From Pseudomonadota bacterium (lineage in GTDB: Bacteria; Pseudomonadota; Gammaproteobacteria; Burkholderiales; Burkholderiaceae_C), in assembly GCA_040388335.1 (NCBI GenBank), contig JAZKCB010000031.1:7076-71075 (forward strand): DNA of 64,000 nt. Direction: 5' to 3'. The notes below the pieces were generated by a model. That model saw only the letters and a list, made by a program, of their open reading frames with translations, ran no database searches and was not told the origin of the DNA. Position 1 is the first letter of the stretch; every line of letters begins with the position of its first letter. Shown here piece by piece: positions 49,637-59,546 of this stretch. Made by a program: the position numbers and the translations under genes.

Positions 49637-50839
49637 ATGCTCGCTCTCGAAGATATTCAGGCGGCCGCAAAACGGCTGGAGGGCCATTTGCTGGACACGC
49701 CCTGTGTCGAGTCGCGCACGCTGTCGCAGCTGACGGGTGCGCAGGTTTTCCTCAAATTCGAGAACCTGCAATACACAGCCTCGTTCAAGGAGCGCGGCGC
49801 CTGCAACAAGCTGGCGCAACTGTCCGCAGAAGAGCGCCGCAGGGGCGTGATCGCCATGAGCGCAGGCAACCACGCTCAAGGCGTGGCCTACCATGCGCAG
49901 CGCCTGGGCATACGCGCCGTGATCGTGATGCCGCGCTTCACGCCGGGCGTCAAGATAGAACGGACGCGCGGCTTTGGCGCCGAGGTGGTGCTGTACGGCG
50001 ATACGCTTGAAGAATCCCGCACCCATGCGCTTGAGCTCGCTGAAAAGCAGGCGCTGGTGTTTGTTCACCCTTATGACGACGAGGCTGTGGTGGCGGGCCA
50101 GGGCACCGTGGCGCTGGAGATGCTGAGGGTATGGCCCGACCTGGACACTCTGGTCATCGCCGTGGGCGGCGGCGGGCTGATTGCAGGCATGGCGACTGCG
50201 GCCAAAGCGATTCAGCCCGGGATCGAAATCATCGGTGTGCAGACGTCACGCTTCCCGGCCATGGTCAATGCCATCAAGGGCACACAGCACCCACAAGGCA
50301 ACAGCTCCATCGCCGAAGGAATTGCGGTGGGCACACCCGGCAACATCACACGTGCCATCGTTGCGCGACTGGTTGACGACATGGTGCTGGTGGATGAAGG
50401 CGATATCGAGCAAGCCATGGTGATGCTGCTTGAAATCGAGAAGACGCTTGCTGAGGGTGCGGGCGCCGCCGGACTGGCGGCATTGCTGAAGTACCCAGAC
50501 CGTTTTGCAGGTAAACGTGTTGGACTGGTTTTATGCGGCGGCAACATCGACCCGCTGCTGCTGGCGGCCATCATTGAACGCGGCATGGTACGCGCGGGAC
50601 GGCTGGCACGCATCAAGGTCAGCGTTCGCGACGTACCGGGCTCACTCGCAAAAATTACCGCCACGGTTGCTGATGCCGGCGCCAACATTGATGAAGTACA
50701 TCACCAGCGCGCCTTCACCATGCTGGCGGCGCAGAACGTGGAGATTGAAATGGTGATCCAGACGCGAGGGCGCGAGCACATCGCGCAGGTGCTGGCCGCA
50801 CTGACGACCGCCGGATTTGAGTGCTCAGAGCAACTCTAG
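49637..50839 (+). CDS. ilvA: Threonine ammonia-lyase with ACT domain
   Basis: KFENLQYTASFKERGA, SAGNHAQG, GGGGL, C-terminal ACT. Confidence 0.9.
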   Translation: MLALEDIQAAAKRLEGHLLDTPCVESRTLSQLTGAQVFLKFENLQYTASFKERGACNKLAQLSAEERRRGVIAMSAGNHAQGVAYHAQRLGIRAVIVMPRFTPGVKIERTRGFGAEVVLYGDTLEESRTHALELAEKQALVFVHPYDDEAVVAGQGTVALEMLRVWPDLDTLVIAVGGGGLIAGMATAAKAIQPGIEIIGVQTSRFPAMVNAIKGTQHPQGNSSIAEGIAVGTPGNITRAIVARLVDDMVLVDEGDIEQAMVMLLEIEKTLAEGAGAAGLAALLKYPDRFAGKRVGLVLCGGNIDPLLLAAIIERGMVRAGRLARIKVSVRDVPGSLAKITATVADAGANIDEVHHQRAFTMLAAQNVEIEMVIQTRGREHIAQVLAALTTAGFECSEQL

Positions 50840-50867
50840 GGCCTGTTAACCCTGTTTTCAGGCCCTA
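50837..50867. repeat. Mini inverted-repeat element supplying both convergent stop codons
   Basis: TAGGGCCTG-N13-CAGGCCCTA; related TAAGGGCCTGTTGAC at 58649. Confidence 0.55.
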
Positions 50868-51338
50868 ATTCCAGCCAATCACATCAAAGCCGCGTTCACT
50901 GAGGCAGCGCTGAACAAACTGGCGATAGGTGCCATTGGGCTTGTCGTTGTGAAAAGCACCTGACACCGCGCCTGCCGAACCGCCGACTGCCGCACCAATG
51001 GCCCCGGAGCGCAACACATCGCTGCTGCGGCCCGTCAACAACGCACCCACGGCAGATGCAACGCCGGCGGTCGCAGCGCCTTCACCCGCGCGCCGGGCCA
51101 CGACATTGGTTTTCTCGTCGGGCGTCAAACCTGCTCCGATGGCACGCGAGATGCAGCCATCGACCTCAACCTGACCCTGGGCCGCGCCGACGCGGTTGAG
51201 CGTGGCGTTGGGATAGAGCACCGGCCTTGCGGACGGGCTGTTGGGGCCAGTGGCAGCGCAACCGGCCAGGCCCGCCAGCGCCAGTAAAAACACAGCCGCG
51301 GAGGCAGCAGCAAGGCGGTATGTTGAAAGGAGATTCAT
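50865..51338 (-). CDS. Glycine-zipper lipoprotein
   Basis: Lipobox LAGC, GAIGAAVGGSAG, FVQRCLSERGF. Confidence 0.8.
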   Translation of the reverse strand: MNLLSTYRLAAASAAVFLLALAGLAGCAATGPNSPSARPVLYPNATLNRVGAAQGQVEVDGCISRAIGAGLTPDEKTNVVARRAGEGAATAGVASAVGALLTGRSSDVLRSGAIGAAVGGSAGAVSGAFHNDKPNGTYRQFVQRCLSERGFDVIGWN

Positions 51339-51447
51339 GCCGCCAGTCTAATCACGTCTGAATGGCAGCGAAAGGCCGGCATTGCCCCGCCGTGTTGGGG
51401 AATGTAAAATCAGCTTCAGTTCGACAAGTTTCAGTTCAGGAATCCCC

Positions 51448-51618
51448 ATGACATCCAACGCGCCAGAGCACACCACCAACGCAGCCCACAGCAGCCCGAC
51501 ACCCGCGCAAGAGCAGGATATTGTTGAAAGCATTGCGCACTCTGCGCCCTACATCCTGCCCCTGGCTGGCGGCGTGCTGATGTTTCTGCTGGCTTTTATT
51601 GCCGTCTACATGGCCTGA
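51448..51618 (+). CDS. Small single-TM hypothetical protein (56 aa)
   Basis: AGGA SD, C-terminal hydrophobic helix, own terminator. Confidence 0.65.
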   Translation: MTSNAPEHTTNAAHSSPTPAQEQDIVESIAHSAPYILPLAGGVLMFLLAFIAVYMA

Positions 51619-51637
51619 TTCGGCGACTGCCCTCCCT

Positions 51638-51663
51638 AAAGCCCGCAAACTGCGGGCTTTTTT
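51638..51663 (+). terminator. Rho-independent terminator
   Basis: AAAGCCCGCA-AAC-TGCGGGCTTTTTT. Confidence 0.8.
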
Positions 51664-51967
51664 ACGTCCGTAAAAGTAAAGCGGATGGCCTGAAATTATG
51701 CATAAAGTCATGCATGTTTTGCATAACTTTTACCCCAAATCGTCATACGTGTGCACGCGAAGTTCTTAAAATGACCTTCCTGAGCGGCATCTCCAACCTC
51801 TGAAAACAGCCCACGGCGGCCATTTTCAGGCCCGGACGCGCTGGGCAGCGACTTTCATTTTCAGATGGTGCGACGCAGAGCGCCATTTCGACAGACGTCG
51901 CAGCGACTGAATCCGGTCGCTGGCGACTTTTGCCGAAATGACGCCTTTTATAACTTTGGAGATTTCG

Positions 51968-53827
51968 ATGAACCACCCCGCGATGCAAGGCCTGAACCTC
52001 AACACGCCCAGCTACGTCAAAAACGCAAAACTGGTCGCCTGGGTTGCCGATATGGTTGCCTTGTGCAAGCCGGAAACCGTTTACTGGTGCGACGGCAGCG
52101 ATGCCGAATACCAGCGCCTGTGCCAGCAACTGGTCGATGCCGGGACCTTCAAGAAGCTCAACGAAACCAAACGCCCCAACAGCTTCCTGGCCTGCAGCGA
52201 CCCGACCGATGTCGCGCGCGTTGAAGACCGTACCTATATCTGCTCGGCCAAAAAGGAAGACGCCGGCCCGACCAATAACTGGATGGCGCCCGCAGAAATG
52301 CGCGCCACACTGCAGCCCCTGTTTGACGGCTGCATGCAGGGCCGCACCATGTATGTCGTGCCGTTCAGCATGGGCCCACTGGGCTCACCGATTGCACACA
52401 TTGGCATCGAACTGTCTGACAGCCCCTACGTGGCCGTCAACATGAAGATCATGACCCGCATGGGCAAGGCCGTGTTTGACGTGCTGGGCGTGGAAGGTGA
52501 ATTTGTGCCTTGCGTGCACACTGTTGGCGCGCCCCTGGCCGCTGGCGAAAAAGACGTCAAATGGCCTTGCAACAAGACCAAATACATCGTGCATTACCCC
52601 GAGACCCGCGAAATCTGGTCTTATGGCTCCGGCTACGGCGGCAACGCATTGCTCGGCAAGAAATGCTTTGCGCTGCGTATCGCTTCCAACATGGGCCGCG
52701 ACGAAGGCTGGCTGGCAGAACACATGCTGATCCTGGGCGTGACCAACCCCAAGGGCCAGAAGTATCACGTGGCGGCCGCCTTCCCATCGGCCTGCGGCAA
52801 GACCAACTTCTCGATGCTGGTGCCGCCAGCCGGTTTTGATGGCTGGAAAGTCACGACCATCGGTGACGACATCGCCTGGATCAAACCGCAAGCCGATGGC
52901 TCACTGCGCGCCATCAACCCGGAAGCCGGTTATTTTGGCGTCGCACCCGGCACCAACTTCCACACCAACCCGAACTGCATGGCCAGCCTCGACAAGAACG
53001 TGATCTTCACGAACGTCGGCCTGACTGATGACGGCGATGTCTGGTGGGAAGGCATGGAAAAAGACGGCCCCGTGCCATCGCACCTGATCGACTGGCAGGG
53101 TAAGGACTGGACCCCGCAGATCGCGAAAGAAACCGGCGCGAAGGCTGCACACCCGAACGCACGTTTCACCGTGGCCGCTGTCAACAACCCGGCGCTCGAC
53201 GATGCATGGGACGACCCGAAGGGCGTGGTCATTGATGCCTTCATCTTCGGCGGCCGCCGCTCGACCACCGTGCCGCTGGTCACTGAAGCACGCAACTGGG
53301 TCGAAGGCGTCTATATGGCCGCGACCATGGGCAGCGAAACCACAGCAGCTGCCACCGGCCAGGCTGGTGTGGTGCGCCGAGACCCGTTCGCGATGCTGCC
53401 TTTCACCGGCTACAACATGAGCGACTACTTCCAGCACTGGCTGACCATGGGCGAAAAGCTCGCCGCCTCCGGCGCCAAACTGCCAAAGATCTACACGACC
53501 AACTGGTTCCGCAAGGGCGAAGATGGCAAGTTTGTCTGGCCCGGCTACGGTGAGAACATGCGCGTGCTGAAGTGGATGATTGACCGCCTTGAAGGCACTG
53601 CCAAAGGCTCGGAAAACGTCTTCGGCGTCAGCCCTTCGTATGAAGAACTCAACTGGACGGGACTGGACTTCAGCGCAGAGCAGTTCAAGACCGTCACCAG
53701 CATCGACAAGGCCGCCTGGATCAAGGAAATGGAACTGCACACAGAACTGTTCCAGCAGCTGGCGCACCACCTGCCCCAGGAACTGACCGACACCAAGGCA
53801 GCGATCGAAAAGCGCCTGGCAGCCTGA
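51968..53827 (+). CDS. pckG: Phosphoenolpyruvate carboxykinase (GTP)
   Basis: [39 protein letters not shown]. Confidence 0.97.
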   Translation: MNHPAMQGLNLNTPSYVKNAKLVAWVADMVALCKPETVYWCDGSDAEYQRLCQQLVDAGTFKKLNETKRPNSFLACSDPTDVARVEDRTYICSAKKEDAGPTNNWMAPAEMRATLQPLFDGCMQGRTMYVVPFSMGPLGSPIAHIGIELSDSPYVAVNMKIMTRMGKAVFDVLGVEGEFVPCVHTVGAPLAAGEKDVKWPCNKTKYIVHYPETREIWSYGSGYGGNALLGKKCFALRIASNMGRDEGWLAEHMLILGVTNPKGQKYHVAAAFPSACGKTNFSMLVPPAGFDGWKVTTIGDDIAWIKPQADGSLRAINPEAGYFGVAPGTNFHTNPNCMASLDKNVIFTNVGLTDDGDVWWEGMEKDGPVPSHLIDWQGKDWTPQIAKETGAKAAHPNARFTVAAVNNPALDDAWDDPKGVVIDAFIFGGRRSTTVPLVTEARNWVEGVYMAATMGSETTAAATGQAGVVRRDPFAMLPFTGYNMSDYFQHWLTMGEKLAASGAKLPKIYTTNWFRKGEDGKFVWPGYGENMRVLKWMIDRLEGTAKGSENVFGVSPSYEELNWTGLDFSAEQFKTVTSIDKAAWIKEMELHTELFQQLAHHLPQELTDTKAAIEKRLAA

Positions 53828-53896
53828 GCTGTTTGCGCTGTATGAGGGCAGCTTCAGCTGTCTTCAACTTTCCGGTATTTGCCGGATTCAGACGTG

Positions 53897-53926
53897 AAAA
53901 AGCCACCTCGCGAGGTGGCTTTTTTT
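53897..53926. terminator. Bidirectional terminator
   Basis: AAAAAGCCACCTCGCGAGGTGGCTTTTTTT between convergent genes. Confidence 0.88.
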
Positions 53927-53960
53927 ATGCCGCAATATTCAAATCATGGCATAAAACGCA

Positions 53961-54467
53961 TCAGATGTAGTTGCGCTGGTAGGCACGAAGCACTGCGCTG
54001 CCAGCCTTGAAAGTACGGGCCGACTTTGCAACCGGCAACGCAGAAGGTTCGCCCTCTTCGCGAGTAACAGCAATGCGCAGGTCAGCCATGACGCGCGGAT
54101 CAGACTGGGCGACGGCCCACATGCGTTCGTCGGCCCGCGACTCAGCCAGGCTGCGTGACCAGCTGTCCAGGCCAGATTTCAGCCGGACAGCGAGATTACG
54201 GGCTGCACCGGCAAATGAAGCCAACACAGCGAATGCAACAGCCCACATGGCAATCCACATCACCATCAGGTGGCCTTCAGCAACACTGTCCATGAGTTGC
54301 GAAGCCACAACCATGACGGCAGCGGCGACAGCCGAAAGAAGCAGGGTGGCCAAGGCACGAGTGCCGGAAAACCCATGACGCAGCTGTTGTGCGGCTTCCA
54401 CAGCCGATTCAACACGTGCAACGCCTGGGTGCTGGTTTGAATAATCGAGATGGACGAAGCTGGTCAT
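53961..54467 (-). CDS. Hypothetical 2-TM membrane protein
   Basis: AAGGGGA SD, two hydrophobic segments; divergent from LysR. Confidence 0.7.
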   Translation of the reverse strand: MTSFVHLDYSNQHPGVARVESAVEAAQQLRHGFSGTRALATLLLSAVAAAVMVVASQLMDSVAEGHLMVMWIAMWAVAFAVLASFAGAARNLAVRLKSGLDSWSRSLAESRADERMWAVAQSDPRVMADLRIAVTREEGEPSALPVAKSARTFKAGSAVLRAYQRNYI

Positions 54468-54647
54468 GAAGTTCCCCTTGGTTAGCGTTACCAGTTGAAA
54501 CAAGATCAGCTGGTAGACGTATCTTAGGGTTAGCCCTAATGTTGTTCAACTTTATCTTTATGATGTGTTTCATTCACAATAGTGATGAATTGCCTTGTTT
54601 GCCTTGCAATCGCTCTCCCCAAACCTCCGTTCCCGACTGGAACAGCC

Positions 54648-55604
54648 ATGAATCCTCCCAACTTTCGCACCCTTGACCTGAATCTTCTCCGTGTTTTTGA
54701 TGAGGTCATGGCAGAGCGCAGCCTGACCCGCGCGGCGCGCAATCTATCTCTAACCCAGCCCGCCGTCAGTAATGCCTTGCGCCGCCTGCGCGAAACGCTC
54801 GGCGACGAACTGGTGCAGCGCAGTGGCCAGGGCGTCGCACCCACGCCCCGTGCCGTCGCCATCTGGCCCGCAGTGCGTGAGGCCCTGCAGCGCCTGCAGG
54901 AGTCGCTGGTGCCCAATGCGTTTGTTCCGGCCAATGCCACCTCGACTTTCGTGCTCGCGATGGCCGACGCAACTGCCGCCGAACTGATTCCCGGTCTGGT
55001 GGACATTCTGGAAAACGAGGCACCTGGCGTCTCGATCCGGGTTGTGCCGCTGACCACACGCGACCCGCGCCGCCTGCTGGATGAGGAGTCAGCCGACCTT
55101 GCCGTGGGTTATTTCCCGCCCGTTCTGGCCGACCTGACAGCCCGCGCCCAGGCCGGTGAGCCAGTGGCTTTTTCACATTCACGCCTCTACGACGGCGAGT
55201 ATGTCTGCGTGATGCGCACGGGTCATCCGCTGGCAAGCGGTCCCTTGACGCTGAACCGCTTCTGCGCAGCGCGCCACATGCTTGTCAGCTTTTCAGGCCG
55301 CCCTTTCGGATTTATTGACGAATCACTCGCCTCACTGGGCCGCAAGCGCCAAGTGGTTTTAACCGTCAACCAGTTCTTTACCGCCGGACGCGTCGTGGCC
55401 AACTCCAACCTGCTGACGGTTCTGCCGAGGCACTTTGTCAGGGTGACGGGCATTGCTGAACAACTGGTGCTCAGACCGCTGCCTTTTGATGTGGCACCGG
55501 TCCACGTTGACGCGGTCTGGCACCGGCGCTCGGAACAGCAAAGCGCGCACATGTGGCTCAGGCAGGCCGTGAGCCGGGCAGCAGAGAAGGCTTTTGCCGT
55601 CTGA
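54648..55604 (+). CDS. LysR-family transcriptional regulator
   Basis: LDLNLLRVF, LSLTQPAVSNALRRLR. Confidence 0.93.
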   Translation: MNPPNFRTLDLNLLRVFDEVMAERSLTRAARNLSLTQPAVSNALRRLRETLGDELVQRSGQGVAPTPRAVAIWPAVREALQRLQESLVPNAFVPANATSTFVLAMADATAAELIPGLVDILENEAPGVSIRVVPLTTRDPRRLLDEESADLAVGYFPPVLADLTARAQAGEPVAFSHSRLYDGEYVCVMRTGHPLASGPLTLNRFCAARHMLVSFSGRPFGFIDESLASLGRKRQVVLTVNQFFTAGRVVANSNLLTVLPRHFVRVTGIAEQLVLRPLPFDVAPVHVDAVWHRRSEQQSAHMWLRQAVSRAAEKAFAV

Positions 55605-55677
55605 GATCGCGCGGGGAGTTCGCCTGAAGGCATGGATATTGCATACAGTTTTGCACACAATCCACTGAAAGCCCGCC

Positions 55678-56676
55678 ATGCGCCACCAGCCCGACCACCC
55701 CGTTTCGACCACCCTGCCAAGGCGTACTGCGCTCAAGGCGCTGGCAGCAGGCGCAGCAAGCCTCGCGTTGCCCGCCTTTGCCGCCTGGCCTGAAAAGCCC
55801 ATCAAGCTGATCGTGACCTTCCCGGCAGGAGGCGCCAGCGACATCGTGGCCCGGGTCATGGCTGAACAACTGGCCAGAAAACTGGGCCAGGCCGTCGTCG
55901 TCGACAACCGGCCGGGTGCGGGCGGCAGTGTGGGCGGCCTGGTGGTGACACAGGCGCCTGCGGATGGCTACACCCTGATGCTGAGCAACTCGACGCCGAT
56001 CTCCATTGGCCCGTTTGCGCTGGACAAGCAGCCCTATGACCCGGTGGAAGGATTTACGCATATTGCCCTGATAGGCAACGCGCCATGTGTGGTGATGGCC
56101 AATCCGCATGTGCCCATGAAGACGATTACCGATGTCGAGGCGCAGGCGCGCAAGACCGGACGGCTTGACTTCGGCTCGGGCGGCCCGGCATCGATTGGCC
56201 ATATCTACGGCGAGTTGATGAAGAAAAACATGGGCGTGAACCTGCAGCACATTCCCTATCGGGGCGGCGCACCCATGACGACCGACCTGATTGCCGGGGT
56301 CGTGCCGATTGGCATAGACGTGCTGACGGCTTATGTGCCCTACTTCAAGAGCGGGCAGCTGGTGCCGCTGGCCGTGACCTCGGCCACACGTTCGCCCCTG
56401 GTGCCGGACGTGCCGAGCGTCGTGGAGTTTGGCTACCGCAAGCTGGTGCTGGAGAATTTTTTCGGCATCAGCGGCCCGCCGCACATGCCTGCCGACATGG
56501 TGGCAAAAATCAATGCCGCCTGCAACGAGATCCTGGCCATGGCCGAGATCAAAAAGAAGATGCTGGACTTGGGCATCACCACCAGCCCCATGAGCCCATC
56601 GGCATTCACCGGATTCGTCAAGGAGCAGGTGGCGACACTGGCGCCCACGGTCAAGGGCGCCGGCGTCAAGGTTTAA
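55678..56676 (+). CDS. Bug/TctC tripartite tricarboxylate transporter binding protein
   Basis: Tat-like RR signal, WPEKPI, PAGGASD, NRPGAGG, HIPYRGG. Confidence 0.9.
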   Translation: MRHQPDHPVSTTLPRRTALKALAAGAASLALPAFAAWPEKPIKLIVTFPAGGASDIVARVMAEQLARKLGQAVVVDNRPGAGGSVGGLVVTQAPADGYTLMLSNSTPISIGPFALDKQPYDPVEGFTHIALIGNAPCVVMANPHVPMKTITDVEAQARKTGRLDFGSGGPASIGHIYGELMKKNMGVNLQHIPYRGGAPMTTDLIAGVVPIGIDVLTAYVPYFKSGQLVPLAVTSATRSPLVPDVPSVVEFGYRKLVLENFFGISGPPHMPADMVAKINAACNEILAMAEIKKKMLDLGITTSPMSPSAFTGFVKEQVATLAPTVKGAGVKV

Positions 56677-56709
56677 GGGGCTTTCAGCGCGTAGCGCCGA
56701 AGAATCTGC

Positions 56710-56762
56710 AAACCTCAGCGGACAACGCTGAAAAGCTCAGAAACCTCAGCGGACAACGCTGA
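56710..56762. repeat. 22-bp direct repeat of a hairpin, duplicating a gene 3' end
   Basis: AAACCTCAGCGGACAACGCTGA at 56710-56731 and 56741-56762. Confidence 0.8.
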
Positions 56763-56940
56763 GGTAGGCATACGCCGCACGGCGCAGTTCGCGCGCCTGT
56801 TGCGGGTTTCGGCCAGCGCGGGCTTCAGCGCGCTCAAGCAGGTTTTTGGCGACGCCGTCAACAGCGCCGGTGCCGGCTGCGGGGGCAAAAGGCATCAAAC
56901 GGGCGAGTTGGGCAATAAGGCTGTTCATATCAAGAGACAC
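56746..56940 (-). CDS. Small hypothetical protein
   Basis: 64-aa ORF filling the intergenic gap, palindromic motif upstream; start uncertain. Confidence 0.55.
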   Translation of the reverse strand: MSLDMNSLIAQLARLMPFAPAAGTGAVDGVAKNLLERAEARAGRNPQQARELRRAAYAYLSVVR

Positions 56941-57121
56941 CGGACTGGCGGTGCAAAGTTGCGATATGACAAGATTAAGGGTTTTCCCTAGGTTTGCAAA
57001 CCCTCATTCGCGCCGTAGCCATGCAAAACCGGCATGAGCCAGCCCGGGCTGGGGCATAAACGGCCTTTTCAAGCACTTATGCCGTCGGTTGCCGACCCAG
57101 CTGAGCCGCTATGCTCACGAT

Positions 57122-58651
57122 ATGCCCACGCCGCCTTCCACTTCGAGCATGACATCTGGCAGCAGCTCATTGCCCGGGGAGGTCCTGCTGCGGCAGATTG
57201 CATCCAACATCGACGTGATGCTCTGGTCATGGGACCCGCGCGCCGGGCGCATCACCTATACCAACCCGGTGTTCGAAAGATTCTGGGGCCTGTCGGCCGA
57301 AGCGCTCGCAGAAACCCCCTGGATGTGGCTTGAATACGTGGACATGGCCGACCGCGAGCGCGTGCTCAAGCTGCAGACCAGCGCCACCGCACGCACCGAG
57401 GAATACCGCGTCCGGCGGCCCAGTGGCGAAGTGGCGCGGCTCAGCCAGCGTGCGCTGCCCATGCACGGACCGTCGGGCGAATTGCTGCGCATCATTCACC
57501 TGGCCAGCAACATCACCTGGCAGGTCGACACCTCCAGGCAACTCAGGGTAGAGATCGACAAGCGCCAGGACTCCGAAGCCAAGTACAAGGCAGTGGTTGA
57601 AAACGTGAGCGAGGGCATTCTGGTCACTGCGGGCGGCCGGATTCTGTATGCGAACCCGAAGTCGCTCACTTTCACCGGCGTCGATCAGGCGACCGCGCAG
57701 TCGCGGCCCTTCATTGAGTTCATCCACCCCGAGGACCGCGCTCAGGTCCTGGACAAACACCAGCGGCGCCTGCGCGGTGAGGATGTCGAGAACCACTACC
57801 AGTTCCGCGCCCAGCATCGGGATGGGTCAATACGCTGGCTGGAGATCAGCGGCGTTTCCTTTGAGTGGGAAGGGCAGGCTGCCACACTGAATTTTCTGAC
57901 CGATGTGACCGCCAAACGCCAGGCCGATCAGGACATGCTCAAGGCCCTGGCGCATGAGCGCGAGTTGTCGGGACTCAAGTCTCGGTTTGTGGCCGTCGCC
58001 TCACATGAGTTCCGCACACCGCTGGCCGCCATTTTGTCCTCGGTCGAACTGCTGGACACCTATGGCGCGACATTCCCGGCAGAAGAGCGCCGTGAACTGC
58101 TGGGCCAGATCAAGATGGCCGTGGCGCGCATGACCGGCATGGTCGAGCAGGTGCTGCTGACAAGCCGGCTGGAGCTTGGCACCTTCAAATTTGACGCGAA
58201 ACCGCTGCTCGTTCCAGACTGGCTGGTGCAGATGATGGCCGAGTTCGAGCTGGGCAACCGCCAGGCCGAGCGCGTGTCCCTCACCTGCAACGGCCTGGAC
58301 GCACCGCGCGCTGCAGACCAGATGCTGCTGCGCCACATCGTGGCTAACCTGCTCGGTAACGCCCTGAAATATTCAGATCCCGATACGCCCGTTGACTTCG
58401 AGGTGTCCGGCGTCGGCGACCATCTTCACCTGCGCATCAGCGACAGGGGCATAGGCATTCCGGAAGCCGACCTGCCGCACCTGTTCGGCAGCTTTCATCG
58501 CGGCACCAATGTCGGCAACATCGCCGGTACGGGCATAGGCCTGCACATCGTCAAGGAGTGCGTGGACCTGCATCACGGCACGATTGAAGTCCACAGCCAG
58601 CCGGGCGAAGGCTCGACTTTTTTGGTGAAACTCTTCGCGCCACTCGTCTAA
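57122..58651 (+). CDS. Cytoplasmic PAS-PAS sensor histidine kinase
   Basis: Two PAS, ASHEFRTPL, NALKYS, DRGIG, GTGIGL; start uncertain (57089-57149). Confidence 0.88.
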   Translation: MPTPPSTSSMTSGSSSLPGEVLLRQIASNIDVMLWSWDPRAGRITYTNPVFERFWGLSAEALAETPWMWLEYVDMADRERVLKLQTSATARTEEYRVRRPSGEVARLSQRALPMHGPSGELLRIIHLASNITWQVDTSRQLRVEIDKRQDSEAKYKAVVENVSEGILVTAGGRILYANPKSLTFTGVDQATAQSRPFIEFIHPEDRAQVLDKHQRRLRGEDVENHYQFRAQHRDGSIRWLEISGVSFEWEGQAATLNFLTDVTAKRQADQDMLKALAHERELSGLKSRFVAVASHEFRTPLAAILSSVELLDTYGATFPAEERRELLGQIKMAVARMTGMVEQVLLTSRLELGTFKFDAKPLLVPDWLVQMMAEFELGNRQAERVSLTCNGLDAPRAADQMLLRHIVANLLGNALKYSDPDTPVDFEVSGVGDHLHLRISDRGIGIPEADLPHLFGSFHRGTNVGNIAGTGIGLHIVKECVDLHHGTIEVHSQPGEGSTFLVKLFAPLV

Positions 58652-58692
58652 GGGCCTGTTGACCCAAGCCGCAATCCCTGACAATCTGCACG

Positions 58693-59538
58693 GTGAATAT
58701 CCAGCTTATCTCTGACCTGCATCTCGAATCGCATCCGCATTTCACCGTGCCGCCCGCTCCCGGCGCCGACCTGCTGGTCCTGGCCGGCGACATTGGCTCC
58801 TACCAGGAAGGCTCGCTGCTGGCAGAGCTGAACATTGCCGACTTCGGGCTGGCGCGTTTCTCGCCGCTGCCCGTTGCGCAAGGCGGTGCCGGCTGGCCGG
58901 TGCCTGTCTTTTACATCCCTGGCAACCATGAATATGACGGGCTGGACTTTGACGAGGCGCACGTGCGCCTGCGCGAGACCTGCGCGCGGCTGGGCATCAC
59001 CTGGCTGGAGCGGGAAAGCCTTGTTTTTAACGGCATCCGTTTCATGGGCTGCGCGCTGTGGACCGACTTTGACGCTCTCTCGACGCAGCAAGCCACGACC
59101 GGCAAGCTCACCCTCGGGCAGCAACTCCAGGAGCGGCAAAAAGCCTTCCGCGCCGCCAACTTCTATTTGAGAAAGTACCACGCACTGCGCGACGGCGAGC
59201 CGATGCTGGCCGAAGCCATGCGTGAGGAAAGCCTGTCAAGCCAGGCTTGGCTCAGGCAAGCTCTGGCCGAACCGTTCGAAGGCAAAACGGTTGTCATCAC
59301 CCACTTTGCGCCCAGCCTGTCAAGTGCAGATCCACGCTATGGGCTGGTGCCCGGCACCGCCGGTTTTTGCAATGCGCTGGACGAATTGCTGCCGCAGGCC
59401 GACGTGTGGATGCACGGCCACCTGCACTGCGCGATCGATTACGTGTCGCAAGGTTGCCGCGTGGTGGCCAACCCGCTGGGTTATTTCGGCAAGGGCGAGC
59501 AGGAGGCCTTCAAGCCCGGGTTTTGCGTGAAGGTCTGA
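58693..59538 (+). CDS. Metallophosphoesterase
   Basis: SDLH, AGD, GNHE, THFAP, HGHLH. Confidence 0.88.
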   Translation: MNIQLISDLHLESHPHFTVPPAPGADLLVLAGDIGSYQEGSLLAELNIADFGLARFSPLPVAQGGAGWPVPVFYIPGNHEYDGLDFDEAHVRLRETCARLGITWLERESLVFNGIRFMGCALWTDFDALSTQQATTGKLTLGQQLQERQKAFRAANFYLRKYHALRDGEPMLAEAMREESLSSQAWLRQALAEPFEGKTVVITHFAPSLSSADPRYGLVPGTAGFCNALDELLPQADVWMHGHLHCAIDYVSQGCRVVANPLGYFGKGEQEAFKPGFCVKV

Positions 59539-59546
59539 GCGGGTCG

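Noticed and set aside
56710-56762. Mini CRISPR
   Set aside because: Only two units with a 9-bp spacer, one of them coding sequence.
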